The translations under genes and the position numbers were made by a program. Positions 49,639 to 64,000 of a stretch of 64,000 nucleotides of DNA are shown piece after piece (positions within the stretch are counted from its first letter, which is position 1; each line of letters starts with the position of its first letter). The notes under the pieces were generated by a model. The model was not told the DNA's origin and searched no databases. It worked only from the letters and a program-made list of their open reading frames with translations. Location of the stretch: assembly GCF_009914755.1 (NCBI RefSeq), contig NC_060943.1. The stretch is one strand, 5' to 3'. This stretch comes from the human T2T-CHM13v2.0 reference genome, Homo sapiens.

Positions 49639-50446
49639 GTGAGCACTGCCCCTCCCCAACCCTAATCCCCCAAGAATTGAGCAGAAGGGAGTGGGGTGTG
49701 TCAAGATGCTGGGGGCCCTGAGAATGGGCCTCTCGTAGAAAAAAACAACTTTCAACACCCCACGAGCCACAAGAGGTGCCTCCGTGGGCTACATCTCTGC
49801 CCCCAGGGATTGCTGGGACTTGTAGTTTTCAGTGGCTAATGATAGTTATGGCTTGTGCGTATGAGTCATCAGGGAACTCAGAGTTTCAGGGAGCCGGGGC
49901 TGGGGAAGGAGGTATAGGTAAATAGTTTTGGTCCCAGGGATCGGCCGTGACGTGGGGGGATAAACTAATTAGTACCTCAGTAGAGAGCTCTAAATCATAA
50001 TAATAATGGTATTTATATCAGCCAACCGCTGTTTCTTGCGTGCCTATTGTGCATCAGATACTTCAAGAAGTTTTGCGTACTTTTTAATTTTTTGACTTAA
50101 GGTGCAAAGGGCTAACTTAATCACAGTCAGTTTGGGGAACATTATAGGTTCTTGCAAAGCTTCTCTCTTGGTTTATGAATTTACTACTGCATGTTTGGCT
50201 TATAGAAACACACTCAAAAATATTCCTTGGATGGATAGAGAGATATTATTGGACCTAGAGAGATTAAATCAGTTACCTAAGGCCGCGCTACAGTTGCACG
50301 GCGCTGGGCGGGGGGGAAAGAACCACAACTCCCAGCAGGCAGCGGCGCTGCCCACGGGCCCTCCGGCGCTTCTTTGCCCCCATGGGATATTGGGAAATGT
50401 AGTCTTGAGGGGGCACTGCATGACGTGTGGTTTTCATCTTCCGCAG

Positions 50447-50616
50447 GCGTGGCGGTGTTTACTGGCGCCTTGATCTATGCCATTCACGCCGAGGAGATCC
50501 TGGAGAAGCACCCGCGAGGGGGCAGCTTCGGATACTGCTTCGCCCTGGCCTGGGTGGCCTTCCCCCTCGCCCTGGTCAGCGGCATCATCTACATCCACCT
50601 ACGGAAGCGGGAGTGA
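50447..50616 (+). CDS. EMP3: EMP3 last coding exon
   Basis: cag|GC GTG...LRKRE-TGA; total CDS 492 nt = 163 aa + stop. Confidence 0.96.
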
Positions 50617-50680
50617 ACGCCCCGCCTCGCTCGGCTGCCCCCGCCCCTTCCCGGCCCCCCTCGCCGCGCGTCCTCCAAAA

Positions 50681-50686
50681 AATAAA
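50681..50686 (+). terminator. EMP3: EMP3 polyadenylation signal AATAAA
   Basis: AATAAA 65 nt after the stop codon. Confidence 0.85.
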
Positions 50687-51078
50687 ACCTTAACCGCGGG
50701 CTCTGCCTTGATCTTCCTTCCTTCCGCCTCCAGGGACCCAGGCTGCGCACGCTTGACCTCTCCTGAACCTAACATGGTCCCCACCGCCAGCTGCTCAGCC
50801 CTCAGAATGCCCATCTCCCAGCCCCCAACCCCTTCCTCCCGAGGACACAGGAGCCGGGACCCCAGGCACCTTTTCCCTCCCACAGACCCAAGAGCCTGGG
50901 CCTTCCCCGCTCAAGGCCCAAGAGACCTCTGTGAGGCACCTGAATCTAGACCTTCAGACACTTCTGGGAAGAACCTGGATTCTGGGTCCCAGCAGACCCT
51001 GTTAGGATAGGAAGCCTGCAGTGACCAGTCCTGTCTCCTTGCTCAAGCTTCTGTCACTCTGTTGCTCTCTCTCTCTGA

Positions 51079-51663
<585 letters not shown>

Positions 51664-51993
51664 TAGGGACTGAACATTTGGGGTCCTAGAGAGGGAGACT
51701 TCCCCTGTCTCCCCAAAGGCTGCCTCTAGCCCATATGACACGTTAGCAAAAATTAGGAGGCACCCCTTCTTCTGGCTGACCCAGCCCCACACCAGGATAC
51801 ATGTAGGGGTATGGGCTGGGTCTTACAGCCACCCACCCGTGGCTGTGTTCCTTTGTGCAGTTAACAATCTGCACAGGCCGGGTGCGGTGGCTCACGCCTG
51901 TAATCCCAGTACTTTGGGAGGCTGAGGCAGGTGGATCACCTGAGGTCAGGAGTTCGAGACCAGCCTGGCCAACATGGTGAAACCCCGTCTCTA

Positions 51994-52152
<159 letters not shown>

Positions 52153-52519
52153 TCAAGAACAAAAAAAAATCTGCAAATCTGCACAATCGCACATGGCTAC
52201 GCTATCTCCTCTGTTCATCAGGCCCTGGGACTCCTCTGGAATCAGATCCTTCTAAGATCCTCTTCTATGACTGTCTTTGTTTCACCGACCATGAACCCAG
52301 CCTCTTTTTAGGACTACAGCTTTCTCTGTCTGGGACCCCAAGACCTAGCTAGAGTCCCTCCCCTCTTTCCAGGATTCAAATGCTTTCCTTCCCTCCAACT
52401 CCTGCAGCCATCCCACTCATCTAGATTTTTAAAAATAATTTTTTAACCACTCCTACAGAGCAGGGTTACCCTAAAGGCAGTGCGTTAAGAGTAGCCTCAT
52501 CCAGACTTATTAAACATGA

Positions 52520-52525
52520 TTTATT
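52520..52525 (-). terminator. TMEM143: TMEM143 polyadenylation signal AATAAA
   Basis: tttatt on the + strand, ~840 nt past the stop codon. Confidence 0.75.
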
Positions 52526-53364
52526 ACTTTGGGACAGGAGACGGGAGAAATTGATAGACCAATAAATATTGCACAGGCTGCTGGTGGTGGGGAGATCCAG
52601 ACCGAGGTAGTTTCTGTAGAAAGGGTGAAAGACCTGGGCGAGGAAGGCACCTGAGGTTGCCGGGAGCCAGGTTGGGAGCGAGTCTTGGTGGCGAGGGTGG
52701 TTTCTGGTTCACCTACCTAGCACAAGGTCTCCAACTCCTTCAGCCTAGACACCCTGATCAGCAGCTGACCAGTTGGCCTGCCATTTAAGCAGCAGCAATT
52801 GATAGCAAGATCAGGTTTCCTTTAGAAATTCTTATTGGTTCCTTCCCTGCAGCGACAACCGGCTGCCCAAAGTTGATGGAACCCAGCAGCTGTCACTGGA
52901 CGTTTGCCAGGAGGCAGGGCTAACGGCCTTGGTGCACATGATGGGCAGTTTGCCCGGAGCGGGCTGAAAAAGACAATGATATATAGTCTCGGGAGGGCGC
53001 AGCTTTAACTCTTCTACCTGGCGGTTTACAGAAGCCAGAGCTGAGCAGCTGTGATTGGCAGACACCCTCAGCTCCTCAGCCAAACCACACTTGGATGTTT
53101 ATGGTGAGGGTGGGACTAAGAAATGGAACAGAAGCAGAGCTAAATCGCTTTGATTGGCTGTTCATCGAAGGGGCGGGGAAGACTTAACAACTGCTAGCTG
53201 CTTTGATTGGCTGCTTTGCTTAAGCACACAGTGCAGCAAAAATAATCACCTGTCAGTTATTGGAAGTTGGAGTGAAAAGTATAATAACCGTAATTGACAG
53301 CCTGTCGTGAAGGAGGCGGGGCTTAGTTCCTAGCCTGCTGACTGGGCAGGGAGGTAGGTTCTAC

Positions 53365-53889
<525 letters not shown>

Positions 53890-53983
53890 TCAGCTCAGGT
53901 AGAGGAAAGAATGACAGGAGGGGGCCGTGCCATGGAGCCAAGACTCCCAACCAGGCTGAGGTTAAGAAAGGGCTGTCACATCA

Positions 53984-54370
<387 letters not shown>

Positions 54371-54537
54371 TCAGTTCGGGGTGCGCCCCCACCCATACAC
54401 AGCCCCCGGGGTCACCCCCGCTGGCACGGCCCACGCCGCTTACTCCCCTGAGGAGGCGGGGAGGTCCTACCCAGACCTCTTCAGTACGGGTCCCCAGAGC
54501 TCAGTCGAGGGATCTATTTGGGGATTTTTGGGGTCTG

Positions 54538-54562
54538 TCTTTTCTTTTTCTTTCTTTTTCTC

Positions 54563-54622
<60 letters not shown>

Positions 54623-54742
54623 TTTCTTTCTTTCTTTCGTTCTTTCTTTCTTTTCTTTCTTTCTCTTTCTTTCTTTTCTTTTCTTTCTTTCTTTTTCTTC
54701 CTTCCTTCCTTTCTTTCTTTTCTTTCCTTTTTTTTTTTTTTT
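54538..54742. repeat. (TTTC)n polypyrimidine tract
   Basis: direct reading; tail of an antisense Alu. Confidence 0.95.
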
Positions 54743-55603
54743 CGACAGGGTCTCGCCCTGTAGCCCAGTCTGGAGTTCAGTGGCTATTCACAGGCAAACT
54801 CATAACGCACTGAAGCTTTGAACTCCCGGGCTCAAGCGATCCTCCCGCCTTGGCCTCCTAAGTAGCTGGGACTACAGGTGTGCGCCACCAAGCCCGATAT
54901 TTTTTGTAGAGACGGGATTCTCCCTGTGTTGACCAGGCTGGTCTCAAACTCCCAGCCTGGAGTGATCCTCGCTCCTCAGCCTCCCATAGTGCTGGGGTTA
55001 CAGGCGTGACCCAAGGCACCGGCTGGGGATCTGTATTTTTAACACACGTGCCCTCATTCCAGTGGCTCCAAGACCACCAGCCCCATCTGGCCTACAGTTT
55101 TCAGCAACCACTGCACTGGTTTGCTCATCTGAGCCATGTATTAATGGATTTACCCAAAGGTTTGCAGATGATAGGAGTTTTAGCTTTGAAAGATTTTGTT
55201 ACAATACATCCTTATGTTTTAGAGACATAATAAAGTATTTCCAAATAAGTCTAGGTAGGATTTACTTCAAAATCATCCAATAGTAGGACAGTGGAGGTCT
55301 TCAGGGGAAATCTGATTAACTATTGCTAATTGTTGATGCTAGGTGCTGGCTAGTGGAGTTTATCATACTATCCTATTTCTGTGTTTGTTTGAACTTTTCT
55401 ATAATGAAGGAAAAAATGGTTTAAAATATTAAACTGTAGGCCAAGTGCAGTGGCTCAGGCCTGTAATCCCAACGCTGAGAGGCCAAGGTGGGTGGATCAC
55501 CTGAGCCCAGGAGTTCAAGACCAGCTTGGGCAACATGGCAAAAGCTTCATCTCTACAAAAAATTAAAATTAAAAAACAATAGCAGGCTGGGCTCAGTGGC
55601 TCA

Positions 55604-55948
<345 letters not shown>

Positions 55949-56498
55949 TCACCTGAACCCAGGAGGCTGAGGCTACAGTGAGCCATGATCATACCACTGC
56001 ACTCCAGGCTGGGCAACAGAGTGAGACCCTGTCTCAAAAAAAGAAAAAAGTTAAATTGTAAAGAGAAGAGGAGAGGGGAAGGATGTTGGGGGGAAGAACA
56101 GGTCTGGGCCCAGCTGTCTACTGGCTGCCCACTTCCCCACCGTTAGTCTCTTTGCTTGGACCCCTCTTCTCATCCTTGATATTGGTAAGGAGAAATGAGG
56201 GCATCAGTGCCCTCTGGGCTCCCACTGAAAAACTGTGCCCAGGCCAGATGCAGTGGCTGACACCTGTAATCCCTGCACTTTGGGAGGATGAGGAGGGCAG
56301 ATCACTTGAGGTTAGGAGTTCGAGACCAACCTGGGCAACATGGTGAAACCCCATCTCTACTAAAAATACAAAAATTAGACCTGGCACGGTGGTTCATGCC
56401 TGTAATTCTAGCACTTTGGGAGGCCGAGACGGGCAGATCACTTGAGGTCAGGAGTTCGAAACCAGCCTGGCCAACATGGTGAAACCTTGTCTCTACTA

Positions 56499-56699
<201 letters not shown>

Positions 56700-56934
56700 T
56701 CAGGTGTGTGTCATGTGCCTGTAATTCCCGCTACTCAGGAGGCTGAGGCAAGAGAATCTCTTGAACCCGGGAGGCAGAAGTTGCAGTGAGCCGAGATCGT
56801 GCCACGGCACTTTAGCCTGGGCGACAGAGTGACACTGTGTCTCAAAAAAAAAAGCGGTCGGGCGCAGTAGCTCACGCCTGTAATCCCAGCACTTTGGGAG
56901 GCCGAGGCGGGTGGATCACGAGGTCAGAAGATCA

Positions 56935-57288
<354 letters not shown>

Positions 57289-57487
57289 CTAAACCCTTAC
57301 CGGCTGCCCCTGGTAAGACCTAAGTCCTCAGTCAGCACTGTCTGTACAACAATGCCAATGCCAGGGAGGGTTCAGGAAGTCAATACACGGTTAATAAAAC
57401 ATTGGGACAGCCGGGCGCGGTGGCTCACGCCTGTAATCCCAGCACTTTGGGAGGCCGAGGCGGGCGGATCACGAGGTCAGGAGTTCA

Positions 57488-57753
<266 letters not shown>

Positions 57754-59499
57754 TCAGCTACTATGGAACAGTCACCCACACCCTGTGCTGGGTGCCCATA
57801 GGGTGTTCCCATCTCACACCGAGGCCTGAGGTGAAATGCCTCTCAAGTCAGCGCACCCCAGAAAATCGCTGAAATGGCCTGCAAGGTACCAATGACACGC
57901 TTGCATGTGGACTGTACCCTCTTCTCACCAGGCCAGCACAGTCAGTTTAGGTGCCTGCATTGGAACGAATCGCCATTTCTTCGGTTGAGGGCAAGATGCA
58001 GGAATAGCATGCGTTAGGGACCGTGTGGTATGAAAAACACATTGGGTTTGTGTCAGTATCTGCCAAGCCGATGGAGCTGAATTCTAGTTAAAGGAGCAGG
58101 TCACTCTGTGGCACACAGATGAAGCCAGAGTCTCCCTGGAGAGGGGTCCCCCTGCCACCCGGAGGGTCCCTTCAGCACTACCGCTGCCCACAAGGAATAC
58201 AGCACTCGCTCCTCCTACCCTGGGGTCTATGTCTTGGGCAGCCCCTCCACCTACTCAGTCACAGGCCAGGCCCCTGGCACCATCCTTGCTCCCCCTTCGC
58301 CAACCTGTCAGTCCCAACCCCATTCTGCAGTCCCCTGACTCTCTCTGCCCGTCTCCTCCTCTGCAGCTCCCCAGCTCATCCTTGGCTCAGACTTTATCCC
58401 CGCCTGCATCACTCCAGCCTCCTCCCTGGCCTCAGTCTCCCCGTCCAGTTTGTCTGCACATAGGTTCAGAGCTGCCCCTGCCCCTCCCCTGCTCATGGTC
58501 CTCCCATGGCTCCCCAGTGCTCTCAGAGTCCAAGCTCCGTGGCCCGGCACACGAGGCCCTCCCTGTCACCTCCTGCTCCTCCCCTGTGAATGCAGCGCAT
58601 GCTGAAAAAGCCGGTTTACCCTGAACAGGTCCTGCTCTCTCAGGCCTCCAGGCCCAGGCACAAGCCAAACCACCCCTGGTGTGTTCTTGGAAAATGTTCA
58701 CTGCCTCATCCTCAAGGCTCAGGATGGACATCACCTCTCGCGGACGAGCAGATGCAGCCTCGGGCTCCTGCTGTGCCAGCTGCCGCCTCCATTACAGACC
58801 GACTGCCTGTGTCCAGGGACCCCACACCTCTCCCTCCAGGGCAGGATCGGGCTGCTGCATCTCAGGGGCACCAGTTCAACATCCCTCCCCAGGCTGCCCC
58901 ATGGGCCTGCTTGGTGCTGGGCTAAGGGGCTTCACAGTAGAGCCCAGGGTATGGAGGAACCCACAGGGGCACCACCCCAGCCTGGGACATCCGGGAAGGC
59001 TTCCCAGAGCAGGCAGCCTCTGAGCTGAGGGTGAGGGGTGAGCAGGGGTTGGCCAGCCCAACAAGAGGAAAGGGCATTTCAGTCCAAGGGAACAGCACAG
59101 GCAAAGGCAGAGAACGAGGGATGGCAGGGTGGGGGCGCCGCAAGCATGCAGGAGGAGCTGAGGCGCAGATTCGAGGGGAAGGATTGTGTCCAGTGAGGCT
59201 GGGAAGCAGGGTCCCTGGTGCCAGGCTGTGCCCAGAGGAGGGGCAGGGCAGGACTGGGTAGAATGGGGAATGGGCTGGAAGGGACCAACTGGAGGCTGGG
59301 AAGAGGGCCTGAGCAGGGGGCACAGAGGTGGGACAGGAAGGGTGGGCTGGGGGTCTAGCCAGTGACTGGCGGGATGACAGGTCATCCTTAGATGCGGAGC
59401 CCAGAAGAGAAGATGTCAGGGGAGACGCTGTGCTTGGCCTACAGTGAGAGTGAGGGCCCCAGCCGGGAGGCTGAGCCTGGAGCTTCTTGGTTGATCTGA

Positions 59500-60183
<684 letters not shown>

Positions 60184-60249
60184 TAAAGGCTGGGCCTCAC
60201 CCCAAGGCGTGGGGAAATACCTCATGAATTCATGAATACACTAAATTAA

Positions 60250-60504
<255 letters not shown>

Positions 60505-61489
60505 TGATCCACCCGCCTCGGCCTCCCAAAGTGCTGGGATTATAGGTGTGAGCCATTGCGCCTGGCTGGGCTTTTTTATTGTTATTTTTTGATTTGGGGT
60601 TTCACTATGTTGCCCAGGCTGGACTCCCAACTCCTGGGCTCAAGCGATCCTCCCACCTTGGCCTCCTGAGTAGCTAGGACTACAGGCATGTGCCACCATG
60701 CCTGGTGTGAATTGGGTTTGAAATAGGGTCTTTCAGAGCCTGACAGGCTCCATAGCACCCCAAGGGCCAGCAAGGGGTGAGGCAATAGTCACCGTGGGCT
60801 GGGACTCAGTGTCTTCTCCCCAGAGGCACCGGGCCTCCCTGCCTCTCATCTCGCCCCTCCCCTCTGCCCTCCATGGTTGCAGCTTACAGCCATTCCACAG
60901 CTCCCTGCGGCTCTGAGGATAAGGCCTTGGGTACCACTCTGGGCATTCAAGGCCCTCACCACCCTCTGGGACTTCCCCTCTCTACCCTGCTCACTGGATC
61001 CAGCCCCATGAGATACGCCAGGCTGAGCTCGTGGGCTCTTTCTCCACCAGGCTCAATTCCTGTCTTCCAGAGCTTTCCTCAGATCCTACCTGAGCCCTGG
61101 TCCCAAGCAGAAATTGCTCCCTCCCCAGCCCCTCTGTTGGCCCAAGTATGCCAGCACCCTCTCAGGCGGCACAGCCTGGCTATTATCTGCGGGATTTATT
61201 ACCAGCCTTCCTAAGAGCCTGTCAGCATGGCTGAAAACAGCTTGAAAACCAATGAGCCAGCAGGTGAATGATCGCGTACGACAGATGCTTCACACCAGTC
61301 TACACTCCTGGGGCCGGTGCCAACCCTGGGAAGAATCAGTAAAAGGCAGCTCCCCTCTGGGCTGACTCAGCCTCGAGACAGGACACGCATTTTGGCAAGC
61401 GGAGCACAAGTTGGGTGTCAGCCTCCACCTGGCCCCTGGGCCACGAATCCTTGGATGGTGAACAACCTGTGCAACTGTTCAAGGCAGCC

Positions 61490-61660
61490 CGGCACTCACA
61501 TGTAGCAGAATCAAAAGGGAGCTTGTTAAAAATATAGTTCCCTGGGCCCCAGTCCCAGAGTTTCCAATTCAGTCCACTAGGACTGGAGCCCAGGAGGCTG
61601 CATTTGTCAGCCAGCTCCCCCAGTGATAATGATACCCAGTCAGGATGGGGACTTGGAACA
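61490..61660. mobile_element. MER5A DNA transposon remnant
   Basis: agaatca..gggagcttgttaaaa...ctgggcccca...ctgcatt motif. Confidence 0.7.
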
Positions 61661-61689
61661 AACAGCCCAATTAGTAATGATAATAATCA

Positions 61690-62140
61690 TCATCCTGGTA
61701 ATAGCTAACTCTCACATAGCACCTCCTGTGCCATGTGGGAGGCTCTATTCTCAGCACTGTGCATGTTAATTCATTTAATCCCCACAACACCTCTATGAGT
61801 TAGGTCCCACCATCATCCCTACTTTGCAGATTTTGAAGCTGAGACACAGAGAGGTTAAGCAACTTGTTCAAGATCACACAGCGAGAAGAGAGTAGAGTCA
61901 GATTCAAATCCAGGAAGTCTGCTTCCAGAACACACCCCCTTCACCGCATCACTAAAGCGCCCCTAAAGCCGGCACTCAGTGAGCGGCTGTCAACCCTTAT
62001 GTAGCCCCTACCACGAGCCGAGCACTGCCCAGTGCTTCTCACAGACTCACTCATTTCATGCTCACAACCCTACAAGGCAGATCTCGCTATCATCCCCATT
62101 TTCCAGATGAGAAAACTGAGGCTCAGAGAGATTAAGAAAC
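61690..62140. mobile_element. MIR SINE fragments (others at ~11020-11160, ~19160-19280, ~37590-37690, ~42900-43050)
   Basis: catccccattttccagatgagaaaactgaggctcagagag core. Confidence 0.8.
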
Positions 62141-62164
62141 CCCCCTAAGGGGTGTTGAGTAAAT

Positions 62165-62572
62165 GAAGTAGGGAAGGGAAGGGGAAGGGAGGGGAGCGGA
62201 GGAGAGGGCAAGAAGGGAGGGAAGGGAGAAAGGGAAGGGGGGAGGAAGGAGGTGGGGAGAGGGAGGGAAGGGAAGGAAAAGAGGAACAGGAAGGAAGGGA
62301 GGGAGGGAGGGGAAGGGGAGGGGAGGGGAGAGGAGGGGAGGCGGAAGGAAGGGGAAGAAGGAAGGGAAGGGAAAGGGGAAAAGGAAGGGGAGGAGAGAGA
62401 GGGAGAAAGGAAAGAAGGGAGGAAGGGAGGGAGGAAGGAAGGAAGGACAGGGAGGGAAGGGAAGGGAAAGAAAAGAGGAAGAATGGGAAGGAAGGAAGGA
62501 CAGGGAGGGAAGGGAAGGGAAAGAAAAGAGGAAGAATGGGAAGGAAGGAAGGGAGGGAGGGAGGGAGGAGAG
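62165..62572. repeat. ~400-bp polypurine tract with a 53-bp tandem duplication
   Basis: ggacag at 62445/62498 and gaatggg at 62481/62534. Confidence 0.95.
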
Positions 62573-62609
62573 CATGACGCAGGAACAATGCATGAAACAG
62601 AGACAACTA

Positions 62610-63038
<429 letters not shown>

Positions 63039-63462
63039 CTACAGTCGCACAACCATCTTAAAAGCGACTCAGTAATCATGGGGAAGAAACCAGGGATCAG
63101 CTGTGTCCAACCACAGGGGATCGGTTCAATCGCGCCATCGATCCCTGGTATTGGACGTGCAGATTGTTTGTTGGAATCCTGGCCGTGCCGCATCTTCAGA
63201 ATGTGGACCTCCCTCTCCGAGCCTCAGTTTTCCTTATTGGAAAATGGGGAGAACTGTCCCCATCCTTTCTCTTCCCCTGGGAATCAAGTGTAGTACTCAC
63301 TTTCCCTTGAGAAGAAAAGACAGCATTTGGATGAGTCACGCCTCCCATTTCTCAACTTCCCGCCTGGGGCCCAGACACCCAAACCAGACACTGACCTGTC
63401 AGTCCCCTCTTGACTCTAACCTTGCTCCCTCTTGCTGCAGCTGGGGAACAAGGGCCGCCTCA

Positions 63463-63663
<201 letters not shown>

Positions 63664-63811
63664 TCAGATGTCCTGCCCCTAAATAATTCCCCCGTTTCCC
63701 ACTTATCCCCATTCACCATCTAGGCAGGGCTGTCACATATGGTTGTCCATGTCGTATACTGCACAAGGGCTCATGATCTAACACAGTGCCATTCACGTAG
63801 AAGTCATCTTT

Positions 63812-63992
63812 ACCATATTTCCTAGAATCTAAGGTGCCACTGACTCTACCTGATTATTTTATGAAGCAACTAAAAACAAAATACGTTGCCAATTAAATGA
63901 TGTCACACCACCACCTGTAAATTACATCCCAATTTCAGAGATGACAAAACATGACTTTGGAAAAACTGCAGTTTAAAATCACTAAAATGTGG
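63812..63992. mobile_element. Possible TcMar-Tc2 (MER104/Kanga-like) remnant
   Basis: ccatatttcctagaatctaag start with a weakly complementary end. Confidence 0.4.
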
Positions 63993-64000
63993 AATTTGGG

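Overview
Primate (almost certainly human, chr19q13.33 recognised by gene content and order) GC-rich, very Alu-dense genomic DNA. It contains four protein-coding genes: the 3' part of the KRAB zinc-finger gene ZNF114 (+; KRAB-A exon 2504-2630, final exon 5890-7007); the complete ODAD1/CCDC114 gene (-; 14 coding exons, 40513 to 17131, 707 aa); the complete EMP3 gene (+; 4 coding exons, 46991-50616, 163 aa); and the last three coding exons of TMEM143 (-). I placed all coding exons by GT-AG sites and checked reading frame by hand. Most other ORFs in the track are Alu, LTR or low-complexity artefacts. Other repeats include MaLR and ERV1 LTRs, old L1/L2/MIR and DNA transposon remnants; subfamily names are from memory of consensus sequences. 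I found no convincing new multi-gene system. The most interesting unexplained structures are: a three-level GGAT minisatellite that keeps the ODAD1 frame open for 375 extra codons; a ~130-bp-arm inverted duplication in a ZNF114 intron; a fossil zinc-finger array in the ZNF114 3' UTR; an in-frame stop-free ODAD1 intron containing a cryptic donor; a ~76-bp duplication flanking an Alu; and several tight transcription-factor motif clusters.
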